Shown one piece after another: positions 20,784 through 31,402 of a stretch of 64,000 nucleotides of DNA. Source of the stretch: Candidatus Moraniibacteriota bacterium (GTDB lineage Bacteria > Patescibacteriota > Minisyncoccia > Moranbacterales > GWC2-37-73). The first letter of the stretch is position 1; every line of letters begins with the position of its first letter. The position numbers and the translations under genes were made by a program. The notes beneath the pieces are model-generated. The model saw only the letters and a program-made list of their open reading frames with translations. It made no database searches and had not been told where the DNA came from. The stretch spans positions 233,908 through 297,907 of the forward strand of contig DAOOTD010000002.1 of assembly GCA_035390125.1 (NCBI GenBank), in the 5' to 3' direction.

Positions 20784-21146
20784 ATGGCAGAAAAAAAGGA
20801 AAAAAAACAACCAAAAGAGGTTATTGCAAAAAACAATAATATTTATATTAGTGATAATTCAGAAGTAGCCCGCAATGTTCTTGTTGAACCTTGGATTACA
20901 GAAAAATCTCATAATGGAATTATTGACAACAAATACACCTTTAGGATTTCTAAAGATGCAACAAAAAAACAAGTGAAAAATGCAATTGAAGGATTTTATA
21001 AAGTTAAAGTTGAAAAAATTAGCGTAGTTAATCTAAAGCCTAAATGGAGATCATATGGAAGATATGGAGGTAGTAAATCTGCTGTCAGAAAGGCGATAGT
21101 AACTTTAGAAAAAGGAGCTAAAATAGAATTATTTAGAGGAGTATAA
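20784..21146 (+). CDS. rplW: 50S ribosomal protein L23 (N-terminal extension)
   Basis: L23 core ITEKS...KAIVTLEKG; about 25 aa longer than usual. Confidence 0.85.
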   Translation: MAEKKEKKQPKEVIAKNNNIYISDNSEVARNVLVEPWITEKSHNGIIDNKYTFRISKDATKKQVKNAIEGFYKVKVEKISVVNLKPKWRSYGRYGGSKSAVRKAIVTLEKGAKIELFRGV

Positions 21147-21153
21147 TAAAAAT

Positions 21154-21984
21154 ATGGCGATAAAAATATATAAGAAAAATACAGCCGGAAGGAGAAATAT
21201 GTCGATTGTGAAACCGGATAATTTGACCGATAAAAAACCGGAAAAATATTTACTTTCACCGATAATTAAAAAATCAGGCAGATCTAATGGTAAAATATCC
21301 ACCCGACATCAAGGGGGAGGTCACAAGAGGCGATATAGATTAGTTGATTTCAAACAGCAAAAATTCGATATTTCTGGAAGAATAGTGGCTATTGAGAAAG
21401 ATCCTAATAGAAGTTCCCTTATAGCATTAGTTTCATATAAAGATGGAGATAAAAGATATATTTTAGCAACAGAAGAAATATCGGCAGGAGATCAAATTTT
21501 AACATCAGCCAATGCTCCTATAAAAAAGGGTAATAGGACATTATTGAAAAATATACCCTATGGAACAATTATTTCAAACGTTGAGTTGATGCCAGGTAAA
21601 GGCGGTCAAATTATAAGAAGCGCTGGAAGCGGAGCTATGCTAATGGCTATTGATGGAAAAATGGCTCAAATTAAAATGTCTTCAGGTGAAGTGCGTTTAA
21701 TTAGTGAGAATTGTTATGCTACAATCGGAAGAGTAAGTAATTTTGAACATAGTGCGGAAAGGATTGGAAAAGCCGGAAGAAATAGGTGGAAAGGGAAAAG
21801 ACCAGCGGTCAGAGGAAGTGCGATGAATCCCATAGATCATCCGCATGGAGGAGGAGAGGGTCGCCAGGGAGTAGGACTTAAATATCCCAAGACACCATGG
21901 GGAAAACCAGCATTAGGAAAAAAGACAAGGAAGAAAAAAAGATATAGTAATAAGTTTATAGTTAAAAGAAGATCTAAAAAATAA
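21154..21984 (+). CDS. rplB: 50S ribosomal protein L2
   Basis: L2 sequence including the HPHGGGEG motif. Confidence 0.95.
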   Translation: MAIKIYKKNTAGRRNMSIVKPDNLTDKKPEKYLLSPIIKKSGRSNGKISTRHQGGGHKRRYRLVDFKQQKFDISGRIVAIEKDPNRSSLIALVSYKDGDKRYILATEEISAGDQILTSANAPIKKGNRTLLKNIPYGTIISNVELMPGKGGQIIRSAGSGAMLMAIDGKMAQIKMSSGEVRLISENCYATIGRVSNFEHSAERIGKAGRNRWKGKRPAVRGSAMNPIDHPHGGGEGRQGVGLKYPKTPWGKPALGKKTRKKKRYSNKFIVKRRSKK

Positions 21985-22005
21985 GAATTCATTTTTGAAT
22001 AAATT

Positions 22006-22356
22006 ATGTCGCGAAGTCTAAAAAAGGGTCCATATGTAGATCCAAGGTTGCTCAAAAAAGTTACTGATGCAAAACCAGGAGCTGGAATAATTAAGACATG
22101 GTCAAGAGCATGTGTTATTGCACCTGAAATGATAGGGCATACCTTTGGTGTACATAATGGAAAGGAATTTATATCTGTATATGTGACTGAAGAAATGGTA
22201 GGCCACAGGCTAGGAGAATTTTCCCCAACACGTAAGTTTACAAGACATGGAGGAAAAATGCAGAAAGAATTGGAACTGGCTGCAAAACAAAAGGTGCAGG
22301 AAGCAGCTAAAGCAGCTAAAGAGGAAGCAGTAAGTAATGGGAAAGGGAAAAAATAA
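22006..22356 (+). CDS. rpsS: 30S ribosomal protein S19 (C-terminal K/A/E-rich extension)
   Basis: [13 protein letters not shown]-terminus; about 25 extra C-terminal residues. Confidence 0.9.
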   Translation: MSRSLKKGPYVDPRLLKKVTDAKPGAGIIKTWSRACVIAPEMIGHTFGVHNGKEFISVYVTEEMVGHRLGEFSPTRKFTRHGGKMQKELELAAKQKVQEAAKAAKEEAVSNGKGKK

Positions 22357-22383
22357 TTATGATGTTAGAATTTTTAAAATATT

Positions 22384-22962
22384 ATGAAAGTTAAGGCAAC
22401 GCTAAAAAATTTAAGAATTTCTCCGAGAAAAGTACGTCTAGTCACAGGCAGTATTATAGGTATGGACTCAAATTCAGCCTTAGTTCAACTTAAGCATGTA
22501 GTTAAAAAAACAAGCGGAATATTGGAAAAACTTCTGATTAGCGCATTAGCAAATGCAGAAAACAATTTTGGTTTAGACAGAGATAATATGTTTGTAAGTA
22601 ACATAACTGTAGAAGAAGGTTCCAGACTGAAGAGATGGCTACCTAGGGCGCAAGGAAGAGCTACTCTTATTTTAAAGCGCACTTGTCATATTAAAATGGA
22701 GATTGAGGAAAGAGTAGAGGGTAAAAATAGGAAATCTAAGCAACAATTGGAAAAAGAACGTGCAAAACGTGAGGCAGAAAAAAAGAAAATTCTAGAAGAA
22801 AATGAAAAGAGGCTTGAAAAAGAAGAAAAAGAAAGGCAAAATGAAGAAATAAAATCTACAGAAAAATCTTCTGCAGAAAAGATGTTACCGAAAAGCGAGA
22901 CAGTAAAAAAAGGACAGGAAAAAGGTTTCTTAAAAAAAGTTTTTCAACGGAAATCAGTATAG
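22384..22962 (+). CDS. rplV: 50S ribosomal protein L22 with long K/E-rich C-terminal tail
   Basis: L22 core of about 110 aa, then about 80 aa of EKERAKREAEKKK-type low complexity. Confidence 0.85.
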   Translation: MKVKATLKNLRISPRKVRLVTGSIIGMDSNSALVQLKHVVKKTSGILEKLLISALANAENNFGLDRDNMFVSNITVEEGSRLKRWLPRAQGRATLILKRTCHIKMEIEERVEGKNRKSKQQLEKERAKREAEKKKILEENEKRLEKEEKERQNEEIKSTEKSSAEKMLPKSETVKKGQEKGFLKKVFQRKSV

Positions 22963-23063
22963 TTAAAGATTAAAAATCAAATACGAATAAATAGTATGGT
23001 TGTAGGTTTTATATGGAAAATATTAAAGTAGTGTGAATTATTAATTAGTATAGAAAATCAATC

Positions 23064-23711
23064 ATGGGACATAAAGTTAATCCAACAGGTCTGCGCCTCG
23101 GGATTACCACAACATGGAAATCACGATGGTTTGCAGGAAAAGATTATAAGAAAAAACTCAAAGAGGATGTTCAGATCCGTAGTTTTGTCATGAAGAAATG
23201 GAAAACAGCTGCAATAGCTGATGTTGAAATTGAACGCAATGCTAATACTCTAAATTTGATAATCAAAACATCTCGCCCGGGAGTTTTGATAGGTAGGGGG
23301 GGGACCGGAATTGGAGATATGATCAAAATCGTAAAAGATAAATTTTTTGCCGGTAAAAAGATAGATTTAAAAATCGAAGCTCAAGAAGTTAGGCAATTTG
23401 AAGAAAATGCTTCTTTAGTTGCTCAAAATGTGTCAGAACAATTAGAAAAAAGAATTCCATTTAGAAGGATTTTAAAATCGTCACTAGATCAGGTTGAAAA
23501 AAATAAGAACATTAAAGGAGTTAAAATTGAAGTATCTGGGCGCTTAGGTGGGGCTGAAATGTCCAGAAGAGAATGGCTCTCAAGGGGAACTGTGCCGCTA
23601 CACACACTTAGGGCTGATATTGATTTTGCTAGAGCGACTGCTTTTACAACATATGGAGCAATTGGAGTAAAAGTTTGGATTTATAAAGGAGAGATTTTTG
23701 AACGTGAGTAA
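23064..23711 (+). CDS. rpsC: 30S ribosomal protein S3
   Basis: MGHKVNPTGLRLG N-terminus with KH domain. Confidence 0.95.
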   Translation: MGHKVNPTGLRLGITTTWKSRWFAGKDYKKKLKEDVQIRSFVMKKWKTAAIADVEIERNANTLNLIIKTSRPGVLIGRGGTGIGDMIKIVKDKFFAGKKIDLKIEAQEVRQFEENASLVAQNVSEQLEKRIPFRRILKSSLDQVEKNKNIKGVKIEVSGRLGGAEMSRREWLSRGTVPLHTLRADIDFARATAFTTYGAIGVKVWIYKGEIFERE

Positions 23712-23775
23712 TTATGAATCAATGATAAATATATTAGGATGAATTCAATTAAAAATTAGATAAGTTTGCAAATAT

Positions 23776-24189
23776 ATGTTAATGCCGAAAAAAGTAAAAC
23801 ACAGAAAAATACACCGAGGCGGAGCCATCCGCGGGGTTGCAACCAAAGGAAATACGATAAGTTTTGGAAGTTTTGGGCTTAAAGCAATGACCTCAGGTTT
23901 AATTTCCGCCCGTCAAATAGAAGCAGCTCGTCGTGCTATGACAAGATACATAAAGCGTGGAGGAAAAATTTGGATTAGAATTTTTCCTGACAAGCCTATG
24001 ACAAAAAAGGGTGACGAAACTCCTATGGGTAAAGGTAAGGGTAGTGTTGATCATTTTGTAGCTAAAACAAAACAAGGCAGAGTTTTATTTGAAATGGATG
24101 GAGTTTCAGAAGATTTAGCTAGAGAAGCAATGCGTCTAGCATCTCACAAACTAAATGTAAAAACGAAATTTTTGGTTAAAGATAAATAA
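23776..24189 (+). CDS. rplP: 50S ribosomal protein L16
   Basis: [12 protein letters not shown]-terminus. Confidence 0.95.
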   Translation: MLMPKKVKHRKIHRGGAIRGVATKGNTISFGSFGLKAMTSGLISARQIEAARRAMTRYIKRGGKIWIRIFPDKPMTKKGDETPMGKGKGSVDHFVAKTKQGRVLFEMDGVSEDLAREAMRLASHKLNVKTKFLVKDK

Positions 24190-24190
24190 T

Positions 24191-24379
24191 ATGGACATCA
24201 AAGAAATTAGAAATATGAATATTGAACAGCTAAAAAAACTTGTTGAGGAAAAAAGATCACAGGTAGTTAAGCTTAAGTTTGATATTTCCGCCAAACAATT
24301 GAAAAATCATAGGCAATACAGAACTATCAGAAAAGATATATCTCAAATATTAACGATAATAAAAGAAGTTGAAAAATAA
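24191..24379 (+). CDS. rpmC: 50S ribosomal protein L29
   Basis: 62-aa helical protein in the canonical position. Confidence 0.8.
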   Translation: MDIKEIRNMNIEQLKKLVEEKRSQVVKLKFDISAKQLKNHRQYRTIRKDISQILTIIKEVEK

Positions 24380-24395
24380 CAAGGAAATCACAAAT

Positions 24396-24626
24396 ATGGA
24401 TAAAAAAATAGCCAAGAAAAAAGGAATAGTTATTAGTGATAAAATGGATAAAACAATCATTGTTGCTGTCCGTACCATGAAAACGCATCCGAAATATTTA
24501 AAGAAATATTTAGCAAAGAAAAAATATAAAGTTCATGATCCTGAGAATAAATTTAAAAAAGGTGATACAGTTGAGTTTGTCCAATGTAAACCCATAAGTA
24601 AAGATAAAAGTCATATAGTAGCATAA
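24396..24626 (+). CDS. rpsQ: 30S ribosomal protein S17
   Basis: GIVISDKMDKTIIVAV S17 core. The start could alternatively be 24369. Confidence 0.85.
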   Translation: MDKKIAKKKGIVISDKMDKTIIVAVRTMKTHPKYLKKYLAKKKYKVHDPENKFKKGDTVEFVQCKPISKDKSHIVA

Positions 24627-24668
24627 CATTTGTATAAGAAAAATATATTATAAATTCGATAAAATTAT

Positions 24669-25034
24669 ATGATTCAGGCAGAAACAAGATTAAAAGCAGC
24701 TGACAACACTGGAGCTAAAATAATAGAATGCTTTAAGGTTCTTGGCGGTACACGCAGACGATATGCTTCTATCGGAGATATAATTGTTTGCAGTGTTAAA
24801 TCAGCAGAACCAAGGGGTATGATTAAAAAAGGAGAAAAAGTACGTGCAGTTATTGTACGTCAGAAAAAGGCACTACGCAGAAAAGATGGGTCTTACATAC
24901 GTTTTGATGAAAATGCTGCCGTAATTTTAGAAGGAAAAGAACCTAAAGGAACTAGAATCTTCGGACCAGTTACAAGGGAATTGAGAGAAAAAGGATATAC
25001 AAAAATAATTTCATTAGCACCGGAAGTACTATAA
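24669..25034 (+). CDS. rplN: 50S ribosomal protein L14
   Basis: [17 protein letters not shown]. Confidence 0.95.
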   Translation: MIQAETRLKAADNTGAKIIECFKVLGGTRRRYASIGDIIVCSVKSAEPRGMIKKGEKVRAVIVRQKKALRRKDGSYIRFDENAAVILEGKEPKGTRIFGPVTRELREKGYTKIISLAPEVL

Positions 25035-25062
25035 AAATAATATTGAAGAAAATATAAATTAT

Positions 25063-25368
25063 ATGAGAATTAAAAAAGGCGATATAGTAAAGAAAATAAC
25101 AGGTAAAGATAAAGGAAAAGAAGGAAAAGTTATCCGTACCATTCCTGTTGAAAATAAAATTGTCGTTGAAAAGATGAATATAATAAAAAAGCATCAAAAA
25201 CCTCGCAGGCAGGGAGAAAAAGGTCAACGCGTGGAAATACCGGCGCCTTTTGATGTTTCGAATGCAATTCTTGTTTGTCCTGCATGTGGGAAAACAACCA
25301 GAGTTTCATATAAGTTTGTTAATGATAAAAAATTGCGTATCTGTAAAAAATGTAGTAAAGAATTTTAA
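25063..25368 (+). CDS. rplX: 50S ribosomal protein L24 with C-terminal C4 zinc ribbon
   Basis: KOW motif KKGDIVKKITGKDKGKEGKV; C-terminal CPACGK...CKKCSKEF. Confidence 0.85.
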   Translation: MRIKKGDIVKKITGKDKGKEGKVIRTIPVENKIVVEKMNIIKKHQKPRRQGEKGQRVEIPAPFDVSNAILVCPACGKTTRVSYKFVNDKKLRICKKCSKEF

Positions 25369-25383
25369 TACTATTTCTAAAAT

Positions 25384-25935
25384 ATGAACATAATTCCAAT
25401 AAGAGATAAATATTTTAATAAAGCTATATCTGAAATGAAGAAAAATTTCGGATATAAGAATGTTATGGCAGTGCCTAGGATTAAAAAGGTTATTGTTAAT
25501 GTTGGAATTGGAAAAATAGCCAAAGAAAACGATAAAATTGAAGAAGTCGTAAATTCAATTACTGCGATTACAGGACAGAAGCCTGTTAAAGTAAAAGCAA
25601 AAAAAGCTATTTCTGGTTTTAAAGTAAGAGAAGGCATGGAAGTCGGAGTAAAAGTGACTTTACGTGGAAAAAGAATGTGGCAATTTATTGATCGATTAGT
25701 TAGTGCAACTCTTCCGAGAACAAGAGATTTTCAGGGAATTAATATAAAATCAGTTGATAATGGTGGTAATCTCAATATAGGCATAAAAGAGCATATGATT
25801 TTTCCAGAAATTTCTCCTGAAAAAGTAAAATATACTTTTGGATTACAGACAACTATTTCAACAGATGCAAATTCACAAAAAGAGGGGCTGGAATTGTTTA
25901 AATTATTGGGTTTTCCCATAAAAAATGATAATTAA
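25384..25935 (+). CDS. rplE: 50S ribosomal protein L5
   Basis: L5 sequence. Confidence 0.95.
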   Translation: MNIIPIRDKYFNKAISEMKKNFGYKNVMAVPRIKKVIVNVGIGKIAKENDKIEEVVNSITAITGQKPVKVKAKKAISGFKVREGMEVGVKVTLRGKRMWQFIDRLVSATLPRTRDFQGINIKSVDNGGNLNIGIKEHMIFPEISPEKVKYTFGLQTTISTDANSQKEGLELFKLLGFPIKNDN

Positions 25936-25949
25936 TAAAGGATAATAAA

Positions 25950-26135
25950 ATGGCTAAGACATCCACATACGCTCGAGCAGAAAAAAAACCAAAGTTTTCA
26001 ACACGCATAGTGCGCCGTTGTTGGCGGTGCGGGCGGAAGCATGGATATATTCGTGCTTATGATATATGCAGAATTTGTTTTAGAGAATTAGCCAGTAAAG
26101 GAGAACTGCCGGGAGTTAAAAAAAGCAGCTGGTAA
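25950..26135 (+). CDS. rpsZ: 30S ribosomal protein S14 type Z (zinc-binding)
   Basis: 61 aa with [20 protein letters not shown]. Confidence 0.9.
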   Translation: MAKTSTYARAEKKPKFSTRIVRRCWRCGRKHGYIRAYDICRICFRELASKGELPGVKKSSW

Positions 26136-26202
26136 AAAAAAGTGCAATTAATATTATAAATAATAGATTTTTGAGTTTTAAATTTTGAATTAAATAAAGA
26201 AT

Positions 26203-26607
26203 ATGTTAGATCCAATAGCAGACATGCTTACAAGAATTAGAAACGCACAAAGAGCGAAACATAATGAAGTTTTAGTTCCTTTTTCAGCGTTGAAAATGTC
26301 TATTGCTGAAATTTTAAAGCAACGCAATTTTATAGAATCAGTTGAAAAAAAGACTGAAGGTAATTTTTCAATGTTGAAAATTATTCTAAAATATGACGTG
26401 CTTTCTAACACTGAAAAAAACCCTGCCATTAGGGAGATAAAAAGAATTAGCCGCCAGGGCCAAAGGATTTATGTTAAAAAAGATGGCATAAAAAGAGTTA
26501 AAAATGGATATGGTATTTCAGTGATATCAACATCAAAAGGGATTATGACCGGAGAAAATGCCAAAAAAATAGGATTGGGAGGAGAGATAATTTGTGAAGT
26601 TTGGTAA
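26203..26607 (+). CDS. rpsH: 30S ribosomal protein S8
   Basis: MLDPIADMLTRIRNA. Confidence 0.95.
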   Translation: MLDPIADMLTRIRNAQRAKHNEVLVPFSALKMSIAEILKQRNFIESVEKKTEGNFSMLKIILKYDVLSNTEKNPAIREIKRISRQGQRIYVKKDGIKRVKNGYGISVISTSKGIMTGENAKKIGLGGEIICEVW

Positions 26608-26629
26608 GATTATATAATTTATAATAATT

Positions 26630-27166
26630 ATGAGTAGAATAGGAAAAAAACCATTAATTATTCCCCAGGATGTAATAGTAACGATAGATAAAAATCTAGT
26701 TACTGTTAAAGGTTCTAAAGGTGCTCTTGAATTCGAACATAATTTCAATGTTTCAGTTAAAGTTGTAGAAAATAATGTTATTATCGAGAAAGAAGGGAAA
26801 AGCAAAGATACTCCTGCAATTTGGGGAACAACAGCTAGAATTATTGAAAATATGATTGAAGGAGTGTCGAAGGGATTCAAGAAACAACTTGAATTAAATG
26901 GTGTTGGTTTTCGCATGTCAGTTGCTGGCAAAAAAATTAATCTAGCCTTAGGATTTTCACACCCAGTTGTAGTTGATGTGCCTGAAGGCATAGATGTTTC
27001 GATAGAAGGCAACACTATGACTATATCAGGTATAGACAAGCATAAAGTTGGCCAATTCTCGGCAAATATCAGGGCATTTAAACCAGTAGAACCTTATAAA
27101 GGAAAAGGTTTTAAATATGTTGGAGAATATGTACGCAGAAAAGAAGGTAAAAAGTCAGCCAAATAA
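26630..27166 (+). CDS. rplF: 50S ribosomal protein L6
   Basis: MSRIGKKPLIIP. Confidence 0.95.
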   Translation: MSRIGKKPLIIPQDVIVTIDKNLVTVKGSKGALEFEHNFNVSVKVVENNVIIEKEGKSKDTPAIWGTTARIIENMIEGVSKGFKKQLELNGVGFRMSVAGKKINLALGFSHPVVVDVPEGIDVSIEGNTMTISGIDKHKVGQFSANIRAFKPVEPYKGKGFKYVGEYVRRKEGKKSAK

Positions 27167-27188
27167 AAAATATAAAGTATAGAAAGTT

Positions 27189-27539
27189 ATGATAAAGACA
27201 GAAAAAAAATCAAGCCGTTTGCAGAGGAAAAAAAGAGTTCGGGCAAAAGTCTTTGGAACCGCTGAACGTCCCCGTTTAGCTGTGTTTAAAAGTCTGCACG
27301 GGATATATGCGCAAGTTATTGATGATGCTAAAGGTAAAACCCTTGCTAGTGCAAGTCTTTCGGAAATAAAGAAAATTAAAAATACTATGGATGGTGCAAA
27401 GGAAGTTGGAAAACTTATAGCAAAAAAATGCATAGAGATTAAGATAACATCAGTGGTATATGATCGTGCAGGCTATAAATATCATGGTAAGATAAGATTT
27501 TTAGCAGAAGGTGCAAGAGAGGGTGGGTTAAAATTTTAA
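27189..27539 (+). CDS. rplR: 50S ribosomal protein L18
   Basis: L18 sequence. Confidence 0.9.
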   Translation: MIKTEKKSSRLQRKKRVRAKVFGTAERPRLAVFKSLHGIYAQVIDDAKGKTLASASLSEIKKIKNTMDGAKEVGKLIAKKCIEIKITSVVYDRAGYKYHGKIRFLAEGAREGGLKF

Positions 27540-27571
27540 TCAATAAATAACAAGATTGAATTGTTCATATT

Positions 27572-28072
27572 ATGAATAAGAAAAATAATAAAAAAAATAT
27601 ACGCCGAGAAAAGCCAGAATTCGAACAGAAACTTCTTGATTTGGCTCGCGTTACCCGCGTGGTAAAAGGAGGACGCAGATTCCGTTTTCGTGCAACCTTA
27701 GTTATAGGTGATAGAAAGGGGAAGGTTGGCGTTGGTGTTGCAAAAGGAGCTGATGTTTCTGATGCTATTCAAAAAGCTTATAATGACGCAAAAAAATCAC
27801 TTATTACAGTAAAGCTCTCAGGAAACACTATTTCTCATGATGTTAAAATGAAATTAGGAAGCGCTAAAGTTATGCTTAAGCCAGTATCAGAGGGACGTGG
27901 TGTAATAGCAGGAGGAGCTGTACGCGCAGTAGTTGATTTAGCCGGAGTAAGAGACATTGTTTCAAAATCTCTTGGTACCTCAAATAAGCTTAATGTAGCT
28001 AGAGCTACGGTTGCAGCTTTAAAAAGTTTAAAAAAACCAAAAATCAAAGAAAGTAAAGAAGAAAATAAATAA
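27572..28072 (+). CDS. rpsE: 30S ribosomal protein S5
   Basis: RVTRVVKGGRRFRFRA. Confidence 0.95.
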   Translation: MNKKNNKKNIRREKPEFEQKLLDLARVTRVVKGGRRFRFRATLVIGDRKGKVGVGVAKGADVSDAIQKAYNDAKKSLITVKLSGNTISHDVKMKLGSAKVMLKPVSEGRGVIAGGAVRAVVDLAGVRDIVSKSLGTSNKLNVARATVAALKSLKKPKIKESKEENK

Positions 28073-28093
28073 AATATTTTTCAGGATAATATT

Positions 28094-28540
28094 ATGCAAA
28101 TTCACCAACTTAAAATTAAAAAACGCAAGACTAAAAAAACGGTCGGCCGTGGCGGTAAAAGAGGAACATATTCAGGTCGTGGAAATAAAGGTCAAAAAGC
28201 AAGGTCAGGAGCACCAATTGATCCACTTTTTGAAGGAGGAAGATCTTCTTTAATCATGCGTTTGAAAAAAGTTAGAGGATTTAAATCTGTTAGTCTTAAA
28301 AAAAATGTAGTGAAACTCGATGCTCTTGAGAAATCATTTAAGGATGGGGATATAGTTTCTATGGAAAGCCTGATATCATCAAAACTTATAAAAAAATCTG
28401 ATAAAAAAAATAGTGTCAAAATTCTGGCTACAGGAATAATTAAAAAGAAACTTACAATTTCAAGTGGAATTTTTCTTTCACAAACCGCTAAAGATGCTAT
28501 TATTAAAGCAGGCGGGAAAATACAAAATTCAGAAAAATAA
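28094..28540 (+). CDS. rplO: 50S ribosomal protein L15
   Basis: VGRGGKRGTYSGRGNKGQKARSG. It lies 21 nt after rpsE, so there is no room for an L30 gene. Confidence 0.9.
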   Translation: MQIHQLKIKKRKTKKTVGRGGKRGTYSGRGNKGQKARSGAPIDPLFEGGRSSLIMRLKKVRGFKSVSLKKNVVKLDALEKSFKDGDIVSMESLISSKLIKKSDKKNSVKILATGIIKKKLTISSGIFLSQTAKDAIIKAGGKIQNSEK

Positions 28541-28606
28541 TTTTTTAGCTAATTGACAACTTTAAGAGAAAAAACTAATTCATAAAGGGGATTTAAAATC
28601 TTTCTT

Positions 28607-29878
28607 ATGTTAGAAAAAATAACGCAAATTTTCAAAGTACGAGAACTTAGAAATAAGATATTTTTTATATTGGTTATTCTTGTTATTTTTAGAATTGCAG
28701 CAAACATTCCTCTACCAGGAGTTAATGTTGATCAATTGCGCAGTCTTTTCGAAAGCAATCAGCTTCTCGGAATGCTGAATATATTTTCAGGAGGAGGTCT
28801 TTCGAATATATCTATTGTTATGCTTGGAGTTGGTCCATATATTACAGCTTCAATCATTATGCAGCTTTTAACTATGGTAGTTCCTCGCATTGAACAAATG
28901 TATAAAGAAGAAGGCGAGGCAGGAAGGCAAAAGTTTAATATGTGGACGAGATGGTTTACTGTTCCATTGGCAGCATTGCAGACATTCAGCATGATTACGC
29001 TTCTGCGTTCACAAAATGTCCTTCAGGTGACATCTGTTTATGATGTTGCAACTATTGTTATAGTAGCTACAGCTGGTACAATTTTACTTATGTGGCTCGG
29101 TGAACTTATAACCGAAAAAGGAATAGGCAATGGAGTGTCGCTCATAATATTTGCCGGAATCGTAAGCTCATTACCATCTGGTTTTTCACAAGTATTACTG
29201 ACTTTTGATTCAACTCAAATTTTTATATATGCTGCTCTTTTAATAGCAACTCTTATAACTATAGCTGGGATAGTTATGGTTACGGAAGGGCAACGCAATA
29301 TTCCAGTTTCCTATGCAAAACGAATTAGGGGAGATAAGACCTATGGAGGTGTGCAATCGCATCTTCCACTTCGTGTAAATCAAGCAGGCGTAATTCCAAT
29401 AATATTCGCTATGTCCATAATGCTCTTTCCCGGAATGATAGCCTCTTTTTTGATGAAGGTTAATAATCAATTCGTCGCTAATAGTGCCGAATTCATATAT
29501 AATCTTTTTCAGAACCAATGGTTTTATGGTGGACTTTATTTTTTGCTAGTTGTCATGTTTACATATTTTTATACAGCCGTAGTGTTTGATCCGGTTAAGA
29601 TTTCTGAGAATCTTCAAAAACAAGGCGGATACGTTCCTGGTATACGTCCTGGAAAAACAACGGCAGATTTTCTTTATAAAATCATGAACCGTATTACTCT
29701 GACGGGTTCAATTTTTTTAGGAGCAATTGCAGTCCTTCCTTTTGTTATTCAAGGTCTGACAAATATACAATTTATCAGGATAGGAGGTACAAGCATACTT
29801 ATAGTAGTAGCAGTTGTTATAGAGACAATAAAGCAAATAGAAAGTCAGTTAGTAATGAGAGATTACGAAGGATTTTAA
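28607..29878 (+). CDS. secY: Preprotein translocase SecY
   Basis: 10-TM protein with SecY signature regions. Confidence 0.95.
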   Translation: MLEKITQIFKVRELRNKIFFILVILVIFRIAANIPLPGVNVDQLRSLFESNQLLGMLNIFSGGGLSNISIVMLGVGPYITASIIMQLLTMVVPRIEQMYKEEGEAGRQKFNMWTRWFTVPLAALQTFSMITLLRSQNVLQVTSVYDVATIVIVATAGTILLMWLGELITEKGIGNGVSLIIFAGIVSSLPSGFSQVLLTFDSTQIFIYAALLIATLITIAGIVMVTEGQRNIPVSYAKRIRGDKTYGGVQSHLPLRVNQAGVIPIIFAMSIMLFPGMIASFLMKVNNQFVANSAEFIYNLFQNQWFYGGLYFLLVVMFTYFYTAVVFDPVKISENLQKQGGYVPGIRPGKTTADFLYKIMNRITLTGSIFLGAIAVLPFVIQGLTNIQFIRIGGTSILIVVAVVIETIKQIESQLVMRDYEGF

Positions 29879-29899
29879 AAAATAAAATTTGAGACGAAA

Positions 29900-30538
29900 A
29901 TGAATCTTATAATATTTGGTCCGCAGGGATGTGGTAAGGGGACACAAGCAGAAAAAATTTCCGAAAAATATAACCTTGTGCATATTGAAACGGGAAACAT
30001 TTTTCGTAAAATTGGTAGAGAGAATACATCCTTAGGCAAAAAAATCAGCATTTTAAATGAAAAAAAGGAAATGATTCCTGATGAAATAATGGTTGAAGTT
30101 CTTGGCAACGAGCTTAAAAAAGTTCCAGCCGAAAAAGGTATAATATTGGACAGCGCGCCAAGACTTACAAGTCAGATTACGCTCATAGAAAATATGCTGA
30201 AAAATATTAACAGGTCTATAGATAGGGCTATATCCATAACTCTGTCGCGTGAGGAATCTATAAAAAGAATAAGCAAACGTTACATCTGTCCTTCGTGTAA
30301 TAAGCAATTTATTTTAGGTGAAGATATAGAAAATAAAAACATGCCTTGTCCAAAGTGTGGCGATCAGATCAGGCAGCGTTTTGATGATACTCCGGAAGGT
30401 GTTAAAAAACGTCTTGATACATTTCAAAAAGTCACTGTTCCTGTCATTGAATATTACCGGAAAAAAGATATGCTTGTTGAGGTGGATGGCAGGCAAAGCG
30501 TAGAAAAAGTTTTTAAGGATATTATAGAAAATTTATAA
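29900..30538 (+). CDS. adk: Adenylate kinase with zinc-binding lid
   Basis: P-loop GPQGCGKGTQ; lid CPSC...CPKC. Confidence 0.9.
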   Translation: MNLIIFGPQGCGKGTQAEKISEKYNLVHIETGNIFRKIGRENTSLGKKISILNEKKEMIPDEIMVEVLGNELKKVPAEKGIILDSAPRLTSQITLIENMLKNINRSIDRAISITLSREESIKRISKRYICPSCNKQFILGEDIENKNMPCPKCGDQIRQRFDDTPEGVKKRLDTFQKVTVPVIEYYRKKDMLVEVDGRQSVEKVFKDIIENL

Positions 30539-30540
30539 AT

Positions 30541-31305
30541 ATGGGCATTTCAGTTAAAACCGAACAAGAAATTGCAATTATGCGAAAAGCTGGTCATATG
30601 CTGGCGGAAATCATGAAAGAGTTGGAAAAAGAAATCAAGCCTGGCATAGACACTTTGCAACTGGACAAGCTCTCTGAAGAGCTTGTTTTTGCGCGTGGTG
30701 CCAAGCCGGCTTTTAAAGGCTATGGAGAGGGCATAAATTTATTCCCAGCTACGATATGTGCTTCTCTGAATGATGAGGTTGTGCACGGCATTCCAAATCC
30801 AAGTAGGACATTAAATGAAGGTGATCTTCTTAAAATTGATATCGGTATTGAAATAGATGGATATTTTTCTGATATGGCGCGCACTTTTGCAGTTGGTAAA
30901 ATCAGTGACGAAGCTAAAATGCTTATGGAAATTACGGAAAAATCTTTTTGGAAAGGCGTAGCTAAATTAAAAGACGGTGCCAATCTCAGCGAATATTCTA
31001 AGACTGTGCAGAAAATTGTTGAAGCGGCAGGTTTTTCAGTGGTCAAGAACTTGGTCGGGCACGGAATCGGAAAAAAACTTCATGAAGAACCCCAGGTTTT
31101 GAATTATTTTGAAAATGGATACAGAGATGTTGTTTTAAAAAAGGGAATGACATTGGCATTGGAACCAATGGTTAATCAAGGCGATTATAAAACGGTTTTA
31201 GGAAAAGATGACTGGGTTTTTTCTACAGCTGATGGAAAACTTAGCGCGCATTATGAAAACACGATTTTGATTACGGAAAATGGAGTGGAAGTGTTAACAA
31301 AATAG
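30541..31305 (+). CDS. map: Methionine aminopeptidase type I
   Basis: MetAP fold sequence. Confidence 0.9.
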   Translation: MGISVKTEQEIAIMRKAGHMLAEIMKELEKEIKPGIDTLQLDKLSEELVFARGAKPAFKGYGEGINLFPATICASLNDEVVHGIPNPSRTLNEGDLLKIDIGIEIDGYFSDMARTFAVGKISDEAKMLMEITEKSFWKGVAKLKDGANLSEYSKTVQKIVEAAGFSVVKNLVGHGIGKKLHEEPQVLNYFENGYRDVVLKKGMTLALEPMVNQGDYKTVLGKDDWVFSTADGKLSAHYENTILITENGVEVLTK

Positions 31306-31402
31306 AGCACAAGAAATAAAAGGCGATAAAGTTTTTTTAAATAAAAACCCCCTCAATAGTCTATGACTACCAAGGGGGCATGGGCGGAAGGGCACAGAGG
31401 GT

